Shown one piece after another: positions 9,588 to 19,396 of a stretch of 64,000 nucleotides of DNA. The stretch's first letter is position 1, and the number at the start of each line of letters is the position of its first letter. A model generated the notes under the pieces. The model did not search any database. It saw nothing but the letters and a program-made list of their open reading frames with translations, and was not told where the DNA came from. Source of the DNA: Candidatus Spechtbacteria bacterium. Lineage in GTDB: Bacteria; Patescibacteriota; Minisyncoccia; Spechtbacterales; JACPHP01. Where the stretch lies: assembly GCA_016188605.1 (NCBI GenBank), contig JACPHP010000013.1, forward strand, positions 2,846 to 66,845, read 5' to 3'. The position numbers and the translations under genes are program-made.

Positions 9588-11048
9588 ATGTTTCTCTACG
9601 ATACTTTGTCTTCCAAGAAAAAACGGTTCATTCCTCGCAATAAAAAAAGCGTGGATTTATTCGTTTGCGGGCCGACGGTATACGATTATTCGCACATTGG
9701 CCACGGTCGCACATATATTTTCTTTGACGCGCTGACGAAATATCTGCGTATGCAAAAATTCAATGTTCGCTATGTGCAAAATATTACTGACATTGATGAC
9801 AAAATTATCGCGCGCGCTCAAAGAGAAAGCACGCCTTGGAATGAACTCGCGCATAAATTTGAGCAAGAATACTACGCCGACATGCAAGCGCTTGGCGTTT
9901 CCTCGATTACGAAGTATGCTCGCGCCACGGATTATATGGCGGCAATAATTCATCAAATAGAAACGCTAATTAAAAAAGGATTTGCCTATCAAACCAAAAC
10001 GGGCGTATATTTTGAAGTTGCAAAGTTCTCTGACTACGGCAAATTATCTGGCCAAAAGCTTGCCATGATTCGCAAGGCCGCGCGCACGGAGATTGACCCA
10101 ACTAAAAAACAGCCGGAAGATTTCGCGTTATGGAAGATGTCTAAGATAGGTGAACCCTTCGGTGGCACTCAGGGTGAACCTTCATGGAGTTCGCCGTGGG
10201 GTGATGGCCGCCCCGGCTGGCATATTGAAGATACCGCGATTACCGAAACTGAATTTGGAGCGCAGTATGATATTCACGGCGGCGCGCGCGACCTCATCTT
10301 TCCGCACCATGAATCTGAAATTGCGCAGATGGAAGCTTCTTCGGGCAAGAAACCGCTTGTGCGATATTGGCTTCATACTGGATTTTTGACAATCGGCGCG
10401 GAAAAAATGTCTAAATCTCTGGGCAATTTTATTACAATTCGTTCATTGCTTTCGCGTTATAGCGCGCAAGATTTTCGTTTGTTTGTGTTGGGAAAGCATT
10501 ATCGATCCCCTATTTCCTACGACGAAAAATATATGCGGGAAGCGCGCGGGCAAAGAATGCGCGTAGAAGAATTTATTCGAAGGCTTTCTGATGTACTCGC
10601 CTCGAGCAGTGCTCGTTCTGAACTTGTCGAACGGGTCGAGGAGAAAGGAAAAAGTTCTGTAACTACAGCCGCCGCAATAACTCGTTTCCAAAAACAATTT
10701 TGGACAAAGCTCGCTGATGATTTTAATACGCCCCAAGCACTTGCCGTCCTCTCTAAATTAATGACATATTTTAACGCTCGGCTTGATAAAAACACTGTTG
10801 ATAAGGCTGACGCTAAAAAAATTATAGCTTTCTTGCATTCCGTGGATGATGTGCTGGGTATTATTGAATGGAATAAAACACAGACGCAAGAAATACCTGT
10901 TGCCATTCAAGATTTAGTCGCAAAGCGTGAGTTCTTACGCGCGGAGAAAAAATGGCAGGAGGCCGATGACGCGCGAAAAGAAATTGACTCGCAGGGGTAT
11001 GTTATTGAGGATACATCAGAAGGGCCAAAAATTCACGCTAAAGGATAG
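9588..11048 (+). CDS. cysS: Cysteine--tRNA ligase
   Basis: CGPTVYD.SHIGH, DFALWK, GRPGWHIE, KMSKSLGN. Confidence 0.97.
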   Translation: MFLYDTLSSKKKRFIPRNKKSVDLFVCGPTVYDYSHIGHGRTYIFFDALTKYLRMQKFNVRYVQNITDIDDKIIARAQRESTPWNELAHKFEQEYYADMQALGVSSITKYARATDYMAAIIHQIETLIKKGFAYQTKTGVYFEVAKFSDYGKLSGQKLAMIRKAARTEIDPTKKQPEDFALWKMSKIGEPFGGTQGEPSWSSPWGDGRPGWHIEDTAITETEFGAQYDIHGGARDLIFPHHESEIAQMEASSGKKPLVRYWLHTGFLTIGAEKMSKSLGNFITIRSLLSRYSAQDFRLFVLGKHYRSPISYDEKYMREARGQRMRVEEFIRRLSDVLASSSARSELVERVEEKGKSSVTTAAAITRFQKQFWTKLADDFNTPQALAVLSKLMTYFNARLDKNTVDKADAKKIIAFLHSVDDVLGIIEWNKTQTQEIPVAIQDLVAKREFLRAEKKWQEADDARKEIDSQGYVIEDTSEGPKIHAKG

Positions 11049-11070
11049 CGGAGTTAAAATTAAAAAAAAT

Positions 11071-11574
11071 ATGCAAAATCAACAAAAACACTTCGGCGTC
11101 TTGGAAAAGATTGCCATAAAATTAACAGAAATGGCGGGAACCCCCGTATCCTTAATTGTGCATTCGTTTTTATTTGTGGGAATTTTCGGTTTGCGATACG
11201 TCGGGTTTTCCGTAGATAGTATTTTGTTAATTTTAACAACAGCAGTATCACTTGAGGCAATTTACTTGGCTATATTCATTCAAATGACTGTCAATAGAAG
11301 CGCGGAACATATTGAAACTGTTACGGAAAACGTGATGGATATTCACGAAGATGTGCAGGAATTAGAGGGCGATGTAGATAAATTGGAAGAAAATGTTGAT
11401 GAAATAGAAGATGATATTAAGGAAATATCCGAGGATGTAGACGAAATTCAGGCGGAAGAAGAAAAAGAAGAACAAAAAACAACGTTTGCAACAGCCAAAG
11501 CATTTTCATTGATTGAAAAACAATTACAGAAAGTTATAGAAGAGTTGGAGATATTAAAGAAGAAAGAGCGCTAA
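11071..11574 (+). CDS. DUF1003-like membrane protein with acidic coiled-coil tail
   Basis: Two TM helices with LTTAVSLEAIYLAIFIQM, then D/E-rich heptads; start moved to ATG 11071 because the longer ORF overlaps cysS. Confidence 0.65.
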   Translation: MQNQQKHFGVLEKIAIKLTEMAGTPVSLIVHSFLFVGIFGLRYVGFSVDSILLILTTAVSLEAIYLAIFIQMTVNRSAEHIETVTENVMDIHEDVQELEGDVDKLEENVDEIEDDIKEISEDVDEIQAEEEKEEQKTTFATAKAFSLIEKQLQKVIEELEILKKKER

Positions 11575-11598
11575 TAAAGCTTTGTTATCAAAATAGAA

Positions 11599-11626
11599 AA
11601 AGCGGCTACTAAGATTAGTAGCCGCG
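11599..11626. terminator. Terminator hairpin between convergent genes
   Basis: AAAAGCGGCTACTAA-GA-TTAGTAGCCGC. Confidence 0.6.
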
Positions 11627-11675
11627 CGTTGATGGGTCAATTTTGCCGAATGTAACCGCTCACAGTATTGGTCAA

Positions 11676-12035
11676 TTATTCTTTTGCCATCTCTTTTCTG
11701 CCTGCCTTTTTTTCTGACTGCTTGCGTTTTTCCTCTCGTCGCTTGCGTTTTTCACTGCGCGGAACTTTTGTTGGCACGCGCGGCTCTGGCGGATTATTCA
11801 GCTCTTCCAGCTTCTCGCGCAATCGTTCAAAGGCGAGTTCCCTATTTTGCGATTGCGATCTGCTCTCGGTTACAGTCACCACAATACCAGACGGACGATG
11901 CGTTAAACGCACGCTGGTTTCCACCTTGTTGACGTTTTGCCCGCCGGGACCTGAACCACGACGAAAAAACTCCATGTCGCTATCGCGCTCCATGCCTTCC
12001 CTATCTGTCGCGTAATGAACTTGTTCGTCGGCCAT
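11676..12035 (-). CDS. arfB: ArfB-like peptidyl-tRNA hydrolase (ribosome rescue)
   Basis: [22 protein letters not shown], basic C-terminal tail. Confidence 0.85.
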   Translation of the reverse strand: MADEQVHYATDREGMERDSDMEFFRRGSGPGGQNVNKVETSVRLTHRPSGIVVTVTESRSQSQNRELAFERLREKLEELNNPPEPRVPTKVPRSEKRKRREEKRKQSEKKAGRKEMAKE

Positions 12036-12175
12036 AATTATTATCTCCTTTACTAGGGAGTCCCGGCCTCCCTAGTTAGACTAGTTAGACTTAACTTACT
12101 TATTCTATTCTTATCATACGAAATGCATAGAAAATTAAAAGTCCCCTAGCACAATTGCAAGGAGACTTTTTCTTT

Positions 12176-13729
12176 TTAATCAACTGGCGCGACTGGATAT
12201 TCGCCAGTAAAGCATCCGTCACAAAAATTTGCGCGCGGCTTGCCAATTGCGCGGTACAAGCCCTCTACACTTAGATAGCCGACATAGTCCGCTCCGATTG
12301 CCGCGCGAATTTCTTCTAGAGAATGATCGTACGCGATTAAACCTTCGCGCTTCGGGATGTCTATGCCCAAATGACAGGAATATTGTATTTGCGGCGACGC
12401 GGAAAGAAAGATAATCATACGTGGATCAAAAGTTCGCAAAATTCGCACAACCGCCTTTGATGCGTTGCTTCTTACAATAGAATCATCTACTATTACGACA
12501 ATGCAACCACGCAGAAGTTCGGGAATCCCGTTGTGCTTGAGAGCTTGCAGAAGCCATCGCTGGTCTTCAATGGGATCCATGAATGTCCTGTTTACCCGCC
12601 CCTTAATAAGCGCGGTCTCAAAAAGATGAGTAAACATCCCACGCGTATATTCAAATTCTTTGGCGTAACCCATGGCAGCCGGCAAACCAGAATCCAGTAC
12701 TGGAACCACAATATCCACATCTATTCCAGTTAAAGGATGTTCGCGCGCTAGCTCTCGACCCATGGCTTGACGTGTTAGATATATGCGCTTGTTATCCAAA
12801 AGTGAGTCGGGGCGAGAAAAATACACACGTTCAAACATGCAGCCGCGCCGTTGCTCTGCCTGGCACCATTGCTCCACGCAAATTCCCTCGCGGGACAGCG
12901 TAACGAGAGTACTTGGAGCAAGTTCCTGAATGCTCGAGCACGAAAAAGCATTCAAAGCGCATGTTTCCGATGCGACAAGAGCGTATTCTTCATTTTCCCC
13001 CACGCAAAGAGGGCGAATAGCAAAGCGATCGTTTACCGCATAAACTATATTGTCATACAGTAAAACCAACGAAAAAGATCCTTTCAATAATTCCAGCGTT
13101 TCAATCAGGGCTTCCTTGAATGTCGGCGCGCTGGATGTTTGAATGAGCACCGCGATAAGCTCGGTGTCAGTGGTTCCCTCCAGCGCGTAACCCCCGCGTC
13201 CTTGAATAATTGCCTTCAACTGTTCAAGACCAATAAGATTTCCATTATGCGCTATAGCTGCCTGTTTATGCTGAAAAATAAACAGAATAGGATGAATATT
13301 ACGCGAAGTGCTCTCCCCTGTTGTTGAGTAGCGCACATGCGCAATGGCGGCATCGCCATGCATATCATCTAGCGGGCTCCGAACATCCGTCAGCTCCATT
13401 TTGTTGAGCGGCTTTTTCATGTTACGCTTGTCGGCGTCAAACTGTTCCGCCAACCACCGCGCAAGATAGCTTGCGATGTCGGCATTTGCCATAGCCAAGT
13501 TATTAACTACTAGATCCACAATTTTTTCTTCCGGGATGCGTTTACGAAACACCCAGTCAATTGTGCCCATCTCCCGATGAGTTACTAAATCAGCATTATA
13601 GGAAACAGTAATGCCAGCGCTTTCTTGACCGCGATGTTGAAGCTGAAATAGGCCGGTGAAGGCAACCTTGGCGATAGTTGTTGCATCTATTTCTTTCATG
13701 CGAGAGACGACCCCGAACACTCCGCACAT
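12176..13729 (-). CDS. purF: Amidophosphoribosyltransferase
   Basis: N-terminal MCGVFG, LQHRGQESAG, HVRYST, HNGN, VDDSIVRSN PRPP loop, Fe-S Cys pattern (CMFE, SCHLGID, CDGC). Confidence 0.93.
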   Translation of the reverse strand: MCGVFGVVSRMKEIDATTIAKVAFTGLFQLQHRGQESAGITVSYNADLVTHREMGTIDWVFRKRIPEEKIVDLVVNNLAMANADIASYLARWLAEQFDADKRNMKKPLNKMELTDVRSPLDDMHGDAAIAHVRYSTTGESTSRNIHPILFIFQHKQAAIAHNGNLIGLEQLKAIIQGRGGYALEGTTDTELIAVLIQTSSAPTFKEALIETLELLKGSFSLVLLYDNIVYAVNDRFAIRPLCVGENEEYALVASETCALNAFSCSSIQELAPSTLVTLSREGICVEQWCQAEQRRGCMFERVYFSRPDSLLDNKRIYLTRQAMGRELAREHPLTGIDVDIVVPVLDSGLPAAMGYAKEFEYTRGMFTHLFETALIKGRVNRTFMDPIEDQRWLLQALKHNGIPELLRGCIVVIVDDSIVRSNASKAVVRILRTFDPRMIIFLSASPQIQYSCHLGIDIPKREGLIAYDHSLEEIRAAIGADYVGYLSVEGLYRAIGKPRANFCDGCFTGEYPVAPVD

Positions 13730-13819
13730 GAGTGACCTCCTTCTGCGGTTTGTTATTTAGGACTGACGCGTTTAGCGCAAATTATGTTGTTATGAGCATG
13801 TAAAAGTACGTAATGAATT

Positions 13820-13849
13820 ACTATACCCCGTCATTCAGTATATAGTCAA
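13820..13849 (-). promoter_or_regulatory. Putative sigma70 promoter for purF
   Basis: TTGACT-18-TATAGT on the minus strand. Confidence 0.45.
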
Positions 13850-13885
13850 TTGTTCATTGTTCGTTGTTCATTGTAATATACCCAT

Positions 13886-16600
13886 ATGCCAAAAGACACT
13901 CAGTCAGACAAACTTCCCCCGCAAAGTATTGAAGCAGAGCAGTCGGTTTTGGGCTGTTTAATGATTGATCGCGACGCGATATACAAAGTTTCCGATGCTT
14001 TGTTTGCCGATGATTTCTATCGCGGCACGCATCGCGGTATTTATTCTGCCATGGTTGGGTTATATGAGCGGCGAGAACCGATTGATATTGTCAGTCTTTC
14101 TCAACGTCTCAAAGAAGAAAATCGGCTAGAGGAAATCGGCGGGCACAGCTATCTTGCCGAACTGATTAATCGCGTGCCCACCGCGACTCACGTTGTGCAT
14201 TATGCAAATATCGTACGCCAAAAGCGCGTTTTGCGCGATTTAATTACCGCGGCATACGACATAGGCCAGCTTGGCTATCGTGAGGGCGATAATATTGACG
14301 AGCTGCTGGATGAAGCGGAAAAAAGAATTTTCCAAATTTCGCAGCACAGTCTTTCACAAACGTTTGTGCCGTTTAAGCAAGAATTAGAATCGGCATTTAA
14401 CCGCATTGACCAGCTTAATAATTATGACGGCACTTTGCGCGGTATGCCAACCGGTTTTCATGATCTTGATAATATACTCGCGGGACTGCAAAAATCTGAT
14501 CTCATTATTCTTGCTGCGCGCCCCAGCCGAGGAAAAAGTTCCCTCGCGCTTGATATTGCGCGCCAAGCGGCGTTACAGGCCAAGCAACCCGTCGGCTTGT
14601 TTAGCTTGGAAATGTCAAAAGACCAGCTAGTTGACCGTATGCTCGCGTCGCAGGGTTCTGTAGATCTTTGGCGTATTCGCACGGGCAAACTTTCTTCACA
14701 AGGAGAATACAATGATTTTACAAAATTGCAACATGCTCTGGATACTCTTTCGCAAGCACCAATTTTTATTGACGACGCGGCAAGCGCCAGTATGCTGCAA
14801 ATTCGTTCTATGTCGCGCAGGTTGCAGGCAGAGCGAGGACTCGGGCTGATTATTGTTGACTATTTGCAACTTATTCAACCACGCAATCCCAGCGACCCGG
14901 TAGTGCAACAGGTTACCGAAATTTCGCGTTCCTTGAAAGGACTGGCACGCGAGCTAAACGTGCCCGTGCTAGCGCTGTCGCAGCTGTCGCGCGCTGTAGA
15001 ACAAAGAGGCGGTTCCCCTCGCCTTTCGGATTTGAGAGATTCTGGATGTCTTGCTGGAGATATGCTTATTACACGCGCAGATACCGGAGAACGAGTTTAT
15101 ATCAAAGAGCTTGTCGGACAAAAAGATATTCCTGTTTTTACTCTCAACCAAGATCATAGGATTATTTCCACAAAAATAGAAAAAGTCTTTTCAAATGGCG
15201 TTAAAGAGATCTTTGAACTTAAAACCAAAACCGGACGAACTATTAAGGCTTCGTCTAATCACAAATTCTTTACGCTTCACGGCTGGCAGAGAATTGATGA
15301 ACTTGAACCAGGCGCTAGAATTGCTTTACCGCGCGCTTTAGAAATAAAAAAATCAAGCGCAGACCTTTCAAGAAACGAACTTACTCTACTTCCTCACCTC
15401 ATTGGCGATGGATGCATTTTACCGCGCCAACCTATGCACTATACAAGTGCCGATTGGGAGAACATACAGACCGTCGCGCAAGCTGCTGCAAATCTTTTTG
15501 GCATTTCGCCCCGCATAGTAAGGCAAAAAAATTGGTGGCATGTATATCTACCATCACCTTATCGTCTTACACGGGGCAAATATCACCCAATTACTTTATG
15601 GTACAAAAAGTTAGGGTTGGAGAGAGTGCGTTCCTACAATAAACAGATTCCTGTCGCGCTTTTCAATGCTTCGCCGGAGCAGATTTGTCTATTCCTCCAT
15701 CATTTATGGGCAACGGATGGAAATATTTCATGGAAAAAAATTGCAGGGAGAAAGCCGACTGCGGCAATTTATTACGCAACTTCCAGCAAACAACTTGCGC
15801 AAGATATTCAGCACCTTCTTTTGCGTATTGGGATTTGGAGCTCGTTAAGAAAAGTGTCTCAACATGATTATAGGTCAATGTATCATATTATTATTCAAAG
15901 CGCTCCCATACAACTCAAATTCCTTAAAACAGTAGGATGCGCCGGAGAACGCGGAAAAATAATTCCAAAACTTATTTCGGCATTACGCGCGATTTCACCT
16001 AATACAAATACCGACACTATCCCTAATGAAATTTGGGATATGCTAGTGGAACCTGAAAAAGAAAAAATTGGCATAAGCTGGCGTGGCGTGGCAAGGGGTA
16101 TGAACGTCGCCTATAACGGTTCGGCGCTTTTTGCAAGCGGCATGTCGCGGGAACGTTTGACGCGTGTCGCAACCGTCTTGTCCAGTAACGAGTTGCGCCA
16201 TTTTGCCGAATCTGATATTTATTGGGACGAGATTACTTCTATAACTCCATGTGGAAAAGAAGAGGTTTATGACGCAACTATTCCTGGTACGCATAATTTC
16301 GTAGCAAACGATTTTATTGTGCATAACAGCATAGAACAAGATGCCGACGTAGTTTTGTTTATTCATCGTGACGATAAAGACCAAGAGGACGCGGAGCGCA
16401 ATAACATCGCTGATATTATTGTCGCCAAACACCGCAATGGTCCGACAGGAAAAATTCAGCTTTACTTCGATGATAGAGTGGTTAGTTTTAAGAATCTAAC
16501 GAGCCAAGCCAGCGCGCCGCAAGAGCCAGTTGCTATGCCCTCGCCAACACCCAAAGAGACTTCGAATGAAGAGATTAGTTTAGAGGATTTTGAGATATAA
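13886..16600 (+). CDS. dnaB: Replicative DNA helicase DnaB containing an intein
   Basis: PPQSIEAEQSVLG, ARPSRGKSS, FSLEMS, IVDYLQL, LSQLSR, DLRDSG|...|SIEQDAD. Confidence 0.97.
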   Translation: MPKDTQSDKLPPQSIEAEQSVLGCLMIDRDAIYKVSDALFADDFYRGTHRGIYSAMVGLYERREPIDIVSLSQRLKEENRLEEIGGHSYLAELINRVPTATHVVHYANIVRQKRVLRDLITAAYDIGQLGYREGDNIDELLDEAEKRIFQISQHSLSQTFVPFKQELESAFNRIDQLNNYDGTLRGMPTGFHDLDNILAGLQKSDLIILAARPSRGKSSLALDIARQAALQAKQPVGLFSLEMSKDQLVDRMLASQGSVDLWRIRTGKLSSQGEYNDFTKLQHALDTLSQAPIFIDDAASASMLQIRSMSRRLQAERGLGLIIVDYLQLIQPRNPSDPVVQQVTEISRSLKGLARELNVPVLALSQLSRAVEQRGGSPRLSDLRDSGCLAGDMLITRADTGERVYIKELVGQKDIPVFTLNQDHRIISTKIEKVFSNGVKEIFELKTKTGRTIKASSNHKFFTLHGWQRIDELEPGARIALPRALEIKKSSADLSRNELTLLPHLIGDGCILPRQPMHYTSADWENIQTVAQAAANLFGISPRIVRQKNWWHVYLPSPYRLTRGKYHPITLWYKKLGLERVRSYNKQIPVALFNASPEQICLFLHHLWATDGNISWKKIAGRKPTAAIYYATSSKQLAQDIQHLLLRIGIWSSLRKVSQHDYRSMYHIIIQSAPIQLKFLKTVGCAGERGKIIPKLISALRAISPNTNTDTIPNEIWDMLVEPEKEKIGISWRGVARGMNVAYNGSALFASGMSRERLTRVATVLSSNELRHFAESDIYWDEITSITPCGKEEVYDATIPGTHNFVANDFIVHNSIEQDADVVLFIHRDDKDQEDAERNNIADIIVAKHRNGPTGKIQLYFDDRVVSFKNLTSQASAPQEPVAMPSPTPKETSNEEISLEDFEI
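15047..16327 (+). mobile_element. DnaB intein (427 aa) with LAGLIDADG homing endonuclease
   Basis: Begins CLAGD, block B KASSNHKF, LLPHLIGDG and FLHHLWATDG motifs, ends VYDATIPGTHNFVANDFIVHN followed by Ser. Confidence 0.95.
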
Positions 16601-16720
16601 TCAATCTAAAATCTTAAATGGCAAATCTCAAAACTGAATCTTAAAACTCAAATCTTCGCTAGTAGTTTTACGATTTACGTTTTAGTTTTGAGATTTTAGT
16701 TTTGAGTTTTAACATTTTTT
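16601..16720. repeat. Heptamer-arm inverted repeat, family A (CAAATCT/AGATTTG)
   Basis: Fills the dnaB-recR gap; imperfect palindrome of 7-mer units. Confidence 0.85.
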
Positions 16721-16723
16721 ACA

Positions 16724-17335
16724 ATGTTTCCAAAACCAATCCAACAGCTCATAGAGCAATTAAGCGAACTTCCCGGCGTAGGGCCGCGGCAAGCGGCTCG
16801 TTTTGCGTTTTTTCTGATGAAGGACGAACAACGCCTGACATCATTACAGAACTCATTGCGGACACTACAAAACGAGATTGCTTTATGCGCTAACTGTTAT
16901 CTTCCTCACGAAAGAAATGATCAAAATCTTTGCGCAATCTGCTTGCATCCCAAACGCAACGCCTCAACTATTTGTGTGGTAGAAAAAGAAAGTGATGCAA
17001 TGCGCGTAGAAAAAGCGGGGGTGTATAATGGCATTTACTATATTCTGGGCGGAATGTTAACCCCGATGCGACAGGATAATAACATCAAAGAGCGCGTATC
17101 TGGCCTACGCAAAAAATTTGAACAACGTGGAGTAGGCGGCAAGGAGCTCATACTCGCGCTCAATCCTACTCGCGAGGGCATGTTTACATCTCTGTATATT
17201 GAAGAGGTATTAAAAAAATTGCCCGACTACGGCAATCTTCGCGTTACGCGGCTTGCTCGCGGCCTTGCGACTGGATCAGAGCTGGAATATGTGGACGAAG
17301 AAACATTGCGCAATGCGCTAGAGGGAAGGAAGTAA
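16724..17335 (+). CDS. recR: Recombination protein RecR
   Basis: LPGVGPRQAAR HhH, CANC...CAIC zinc finger, ICVVE, TRLARGL..GSELEYVD. Confidence 0.95.
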   Translation: MFPKPIQQLIEQLSELPGVGPRQAARFAFFLMKDEQRLTSLQNSLRTLQNEIALCANCYLPHERNDQNLCAICLHPKRNASTICVVEKESDAMRVEKAGVYNGIYYILGGMLTPMRQDNNIKERVSGLRKKFEQRGVGGKELILALNPTREGMFTSLYIEEVLKKLPDYGNLRVTRLARGLATGSELEYVDEETLRNALEGRK

Positions 17336-17370
17336 GCAAAAAAGGAGGGTCAGACCCTCCTTTTTTGCTT
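17334..17370. terminator. recR terminator built on the GGAGGGTCAGACCCTCC palindrome
   Basis: AAGCAAAAAAGGAGGGTC-A-GACCCTCCTTTTTTGCTT. Confidence 0.7.
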
Positions 17371-17392
17371 TGCCCTGTATTCTGTAGGGTTG

Positions 17393-17484
17393 CTCAGTTA
17401 TCTAAATAAAATAACTGAGTGCTCGTAATTGCAACCAAGAGGACTGCGTTAAGCATAACTTGCCCTCTTGGACAATTACGGCAT
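17393..17484. repeat. ~95-bp two-hairpin element, family J (copy 1)
   Basis: Homologous to the reverse complement of 47178-47276. Confidence 0.75.
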
Positions 17485-17491
17485 CTGTCTT

Positions 17492-17890
17492 CTATTTTTT
17501 CACGGTCTTCGCGCGAGTTCTGGTCTGCAGTTTGGCTGTGACAACTTTTTCTGACTTAACTACCGTCTTCGGAACAGCACCCTCTTCAATAGCCACAACT
17601 TCTACTTCCGTGAAAGGTTGGCGATGTCCCTTCAATTTCCTAGTGCGCTTTTTGCTTGTGTATTTAAATACAATAACTTTGTCTGCCTTGCCTTGCTCCG
17701 TTACCTTGCCACGGACAAACACACCTGGCACAAACGGCTGACCAACAACAACGCCTTTCGGTGAATCGTAAACAAGCACGGAATCAAAAATGACTTCCGC
17801 GTCTTTTTGAAATTCAAGCTTCTCCACCCGGACCCTTTTTCCAGGTTCTACTATATATTGCTTTCCTCCTGTTTTAATTACTGCAAACAT
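17492..17890 (-). CDS. rplU: 50S ribosomal protein L21
   Basis: MFAVIKTGGKQY...KGHRQPFT; start set at ATG 17890. Confidence 0.96.
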   Translation of the reverse strand: MFAVIKTGGKQYIVEPGKRVRVEKLEFQKDAEVIFDSVLVYDSPKGVVVGQPFVPGVFVRGKVTEQGKADKVIVFKYTSKKRTRKLKGHRQPFTEVEVVAIEEGAVPKTVVKSEKVVTAKLQTRTRAKTVKK

Positions 17891-17953
17891 AGTATTCTTT
17901 GTACCAAATAATAAACAATGCGTCAACATCGAGAATGCGGAATACAGTATTTA

Positions 17954-18979
17954 TTACTCCGCGTCTTGTACGGTGTATTCGGTATTCTGTATGCTATTTT
18001 TAATCTCCGAATGTGTAAAATTTAATAAAATGGGCATAATACATACTGTAACAAGTACCGCGCCAGCGCTTACGAATCCCAGGCCATATAGACTACTTAT
18101 AATACCTAACAGAGCAAAGACTGCGGTGCCACCAACATAAAGCAATACAATTTTCTTCGCGCCCCAGCCCATATCAACAAGCCGGTAATGCAGGTGGCGG
18201 CGGTCGCCTCCTTGCCACGGAAGACGTGCAGCTAAAATTCGCTGTGCGATAACGGAAAACCAGTCTCCCAGCGGCAAGGCAAAGGCGCATAGAAAAAGTG
18301 GAGTTAATTCCCACCTTATTGCCGGAGCGAGCGCGATTAACAATCCCATGCCCATGCTTCCCGCAGTACCCATGTATAAACGCGCCGGAGAATAGTTTAA
18401 AAATAAAAAACCGGCAAGCGATGATGCAAAAACAAACGAGTACAGCGCGTACAAGCCGTTACCAGCGAGCCAAAAAAATAATCCTAGAATCAACAAGCCA
18501 GTTATGCCCACGCTCGCAGCGAGCCCGTCAACGCCATCAACCCAATTAAAAGCATTCATTGAGTTAATCATAGCTATCGCAATAATTGCCATCCCGCCAA
18601 TGCTTAAAAATGAAATGGTGTCGTGTCGCAGCTGAACGAAACTCAAAGCAATTGAGGCTGCTACAAAAATTTGCATAGCAAGCTGCGGAAAAGGAGAAAA
18701 CCCCACGATATCATCAAGCAAGCCGAACAGCGCCAGGGAAAGAATTGCGAGCAAGATTATAATTGATTGCCCAGTATCTGCACCCATAACTAACGGCGCA
18801 ATGATAAGCATCGGGGCAACAAAGGCGATTCCGCCCCACATTGCGATCTTGCTTCCATCTGTCAGTGTATAAATACCCATTTTAAGAGCATAATGCCCAA
18901 CTATTTTAGCAACAAAAAAACTCACGGCACCAGCTGCGATCGCTAAAGCTGTTAGAAGTAGAAAAAAATCATCATTCAT
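17954..18979 (-). CDS. MraY/WecA-family polyprenyl-phosphate sugar-phosphate transferase
   Basis: GLLDD, NAFNWVDGVDGLA, FLNYSPARLYMG..GS, DRRHLHYRL. Confidence 0.88.
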   Translation of the reverse strand: MNDDFFLLLTALAIAAGAVSFFVAKIVGHYALKMGIYTLTDGSKIAMWGGIAFVAPMLIIAPLVMGADTGQSIIILLAILSLALFGLLDDIVGFSPFPQLAMQIFVAASIALSFVQLRHDTISFLSIGGMAIIAIAMINSMNAFNWVDGVDGLAASVGITGLLILGLFFWLAGNGLYALYSFVFASSLAGFLFLNYSPARLYMGTAGSMGMGLLIALAPAIRWELTPLFLCAFALPLGDWFSVIAQRILAARLPWQGGDRRHLHYRLVDMGWGAKKIVLLYVGGTAVFALLGIISSLYGLGFVSAGAVLVTVCIMPILLNFTHSEIKNSIQNTEYTVQDAE

Positions 18980-19048
18980 GTTTTGAGTATTCTGCGTTTT
19001 TCTGCGTAAAGTCTGCGTCTGTCCGCGAGTGCCGTTTTACCAACGGCA

Positions 19049-19396
19049 CTAATATCCATTTACCGCGCGCAGCGATAGAACGCCAAAAAGAAAAATAATT
19101 TCGCAAATAATTCCACTAGACAAAAATGTTAACGATAGTGTTCTTTCGCGATGAAAAAATACGAAAGACAAAATAATGTTTATCGTAAATAATAGCAGCG
19201 CGAGCAGGGGTAAATATGAAAATGATGATGGATCTCCAACTTCTTCAATACCGCTAAGAATCGTATATCTAGTTACGAGTGGCGCATCGCTTTGTACGCG
19301 CGCAAGCAACGAGGTAATTGCATTCAGACCCAAAGCAATACCTAGAGCGGCGAAAACAAATTTATGGGAAATAAATATTCGTATTTGCGTAATCAT
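19049..19396 (-). CDS. Hypothetical membrane protein
   Basis: Three hydrophobic segments; overlaps the rmuC stop (ATGA coupling). Confidence 0.6.
   Translation of the reverse strand: MITQIRIFISHKFVFAALGIALGLNAITSLLARVQSDAPLVTRYTILSGIEEVGDPSSFSYLPLLALLLFTINIILSFVFFHRERTLSLTFLSSGIICEIIFLFGVLSLRAVNGY

Noticed and set aside
13730-13885. Purine/PRPP/ZTP riboswitch upstream of purF
   Set aside because: No recognisable aptamer consensus or terminator in the short leader.
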